DNA of 64,000 nt from Felis catus (lineage: Eukaryota): the NCBI RefSeq assembly GCF_018350175.1, contig NC_058369.1:1676001-1740000 (forward strand). Direction: 5' to 3'. The notes below the pieces were generated by a model that was not told the origin of the DNA, did not search any database, and saw only the letters and a program-made list of their open reading frames with translations. A program made the position numbers and the translations under genes. Below, in pieces: positions 61,849-64,000 of this stretch. How positions within the stretch are numbered: the first letter of the stretch is position 1; each line of letters opens with the position of its first letter.

Positions 61849-62227
61849 AGATTTAACCTAACACACGCAAAATATTTCCACTGCGGCCCATTTCAGGTGC
61901 TCAGCGGCTGCCGGTACTCGTGCCGGTGGTTCATGCCTACCTACCATGCTGGAAGCTGCAGCTCAAAGACAATGTCACATCCAAAGGAAAGCTAGCGCCA
62001 CAGTGGCCTGGTGAGCCCAGGTGACGCCCAGGGTGAAAGCCCAGAGCCCTCAGGGCACAGGGGGCCTGAGCCGCGGTCCCTGGCAGCGGCAACTGAAGGA
62101 ACGCTGGGTGCCTCTCCAGGAGGCCTCGGCTGCGGTCTCAGCCCCCAGAGCTCCGAGGCTGTGGGAGGGCCAGCGGCCGGGAACCCGATAAAGACAGTGT
62201 GAGAGAGATCACTAAGATAGCGTCTTC

Positions 62228-62403
62228 GTTCTGCCCCCAGGAGATCCTGGGCCACGTCTAGGGACATCTGTGGTCATTACACGGGGGGAGCTCCTGGCAT
62301 CGAGGGGGTGGGGCCAGCGACGCTGCTCAGCCCTCACAAAGCCCCGGACGCCCCCAGAGAGTGACCCGCCTGACCTTAGCGGTGCTGGGGCGGGGGGAGC
62401 CCA
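62228..62403 (+). mobile_element. MER20
   Basis: ggacatctgtggtc...gctcctggcatcgagggggtggggccag...gctgctcagccc. Confidence 0.8.
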
Positions 62404-63584
62404 CAACGGGTCTCCAGTTCTTGCTAGCACGTCAGCTCTGTGGAACCGAGGGTTTTCCCCATGCGGTCACTGCCGTTTCTCCATGGCCAGGCCCAGGCAC
62501 ACGGAAATCCCTGCTAAGGGAAGGGCTACCCTGTGCCCCGGACGTAACCACCCCAGGGACCGCACTAGAAGGTGTGACACAGGCCAGATTCCACACCTGG
62601 GAGGCCCGAGGCGGCTTCTGAGGGTTTGTGCCATTTAGGTGAGTCCCAAAGGAAGGGACTGTACCGGGCCAGAGCCACCAGCCACTGCTCCAGATCACGG
62701 AGGGGGGAACATTCCAGAAGCCAGACTCAGTCCCCGAGGCGGGGGTTGCGGCAGCCAGGCTGCCCACCCCCAATCCTGTGCCTTTGCTTCTGTGCTACGG
62801 CCTCTGCTCTGGCCACTGGGTCATGCCTGGGTCGAGTGGGTTTCGGGGTGCAGGTGTGCCGGTACCCTGAACCCCCAAGGTCACAGGCCAGTGCTTCCTT
62901 CTCCCTCCTTAACCCGGTGAAAGGGGCCAGCTGGGGCCTGGGTCCACGGAGGCTCTGGATCTGTAAGGGGGATGGGGGCGGGGAGACAGAGTGACCCTGG
63001 AACTCTCGGTGCTGGAATGTCCTGGGGAACAGGGACAGGGTAGTCACAGAGCTCCAACAAGGGTGGGGGAGAGCTGGAAATACCGCACCTGTGCCCACAG
63101 AGGCTGGAGGCCCAGCGGGGGCAGACCCCGTGGACCTTCTCTGCCCCCTTGTGGTCGCCAGCGGGAACTGCAGCATCCTGTGGGGCGGGCAGAGGGGGGA
63201 CCCCTGAGCCCCAAGCCCCCGGAGCAAACACCCCAAACTCCCGGTCGTCCTTGAGCTCTGACATCTGTTGGAGGGCTGGTTCTGCCGTCAAGACAGGTGG
63301 CGGGGCCCCTGCTCGGCGACACCCCGGCTGCTCAGGTGGTAAACCCTGGCCAGGGTCTCGCGTGTCTGTGCACCTGCAGGTGAGCAGACTGTGTTCGACG
63401 AGTGAGTACCAAATTAGCACGTAACCAGGGAAAGCCCGGCAGCCCCCTGGAGGGGTGCCTCCGTTGTGACAGAGAGCTCCCCGCGGGACCTGCCCACGGA
63501 GCACCTGCTCACCGCACCACTCCACGCCCCTCTGCACGCTGCCCCGCGTCCCCCTGGGGCAGGGGGCAGGCTCACCAGTCCGTC

Positions 63585-63900
63585 TGCTTCAAAGATTTAA
63601 GCGTAAAAGATGCAATCCGCACAAAGTGCAGGTTAATTGCTCTTTGTCATCTTGAAATTTGGGGGCACGCCAAAGACAACACATTCCCTACGAGAACGCC
63701 CACGGCGAGTAGAGGGAACAGCGCGCTCCGAAAAACATTCGCGGCCTACGTGACGGACACCAGACGGCATCCAAACGGAGAAAGACAGGAAGTTCCGACA
63801 CACGTGTCAGAAGAGTTCAAACACGTCGATGAGACAGAGGCCCCGCCGGGAAGGTCAGTAAAGAGCACAGCCAGGCCGCGCACAGAACACACAGCTCAGG
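63585..63900 (+). mobile_element. Very decayed LINE-1 ORF2 3' fragment
   Basis: tcaaagatttaagcgtaaaa...gaaaaacattcgcggcctacgtgacggaca; peptide FKDLSVK...RKTFAAYVTD is ORF2p-like. Confidence 0.5.
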
Positions 63901-64000
63901 GGAGAAACTGAAGCCCGAATGACCCGGACTCGGCAGCCCTGAGGCGGCCTGGCTGCTCCCCGGGGACGGTGCGTTCCTGGAGGGCACTGGGGCTGTCGGA

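Noticed and set aside
63560..63660. ctcac donor-like site as a second minus-strand UTR exon
   Set aside because: No convincing acceptor, and the adjacent sequence looks like decayed L1 ORF2.
1..64000. G-protein gamma coding sequence, or a prokaryote-like or novel coding system
   Set aside because: No G-gamma-like peptide appears in the ORF track and there is no operon-like or coding-biased segment; the window appears wholly non-coding.

Overview
Very GC-rich mammalian DNA from a cat-family (Felidae/feliform) genome, judged from about 18 Can-SINE/SINEC_Fc-type insertions. I find no credible protein-coding exon; the ORF track reflects stop-codon depletion and translated repeats. The window is a dense field of fossil transposons: about 20 MER20, plus MER58, MER82, MLT1/MLT2 LTRs and L1M fragments, separated by unique, motif-rich stretches. 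A candidate non-coding minus-strand micro-exon at ~5965-5995 resembles, from memory only, a 5'-UTR exon of GNG7. That would make the window intronic GNG7 (human 19p13.3-syntenic), but this is unverified. The most unusual signal is that separate ancient repeat copies (MLT1D, two L1MB 3'-UTR classes, MER20) share ~150-180 bp GC/CpG-rich internal tracts. The MLT1D and L1MB pairs I aligned are ~90-93% identical to each other, while their flanks remain old and divergent. This points to regional, GC-biased non-allelic gene conversion (concerted evolution) of long-dead elements. Repeat family names come from recalled consensus sequences and identities from hand alignments; boundaries are approximate.
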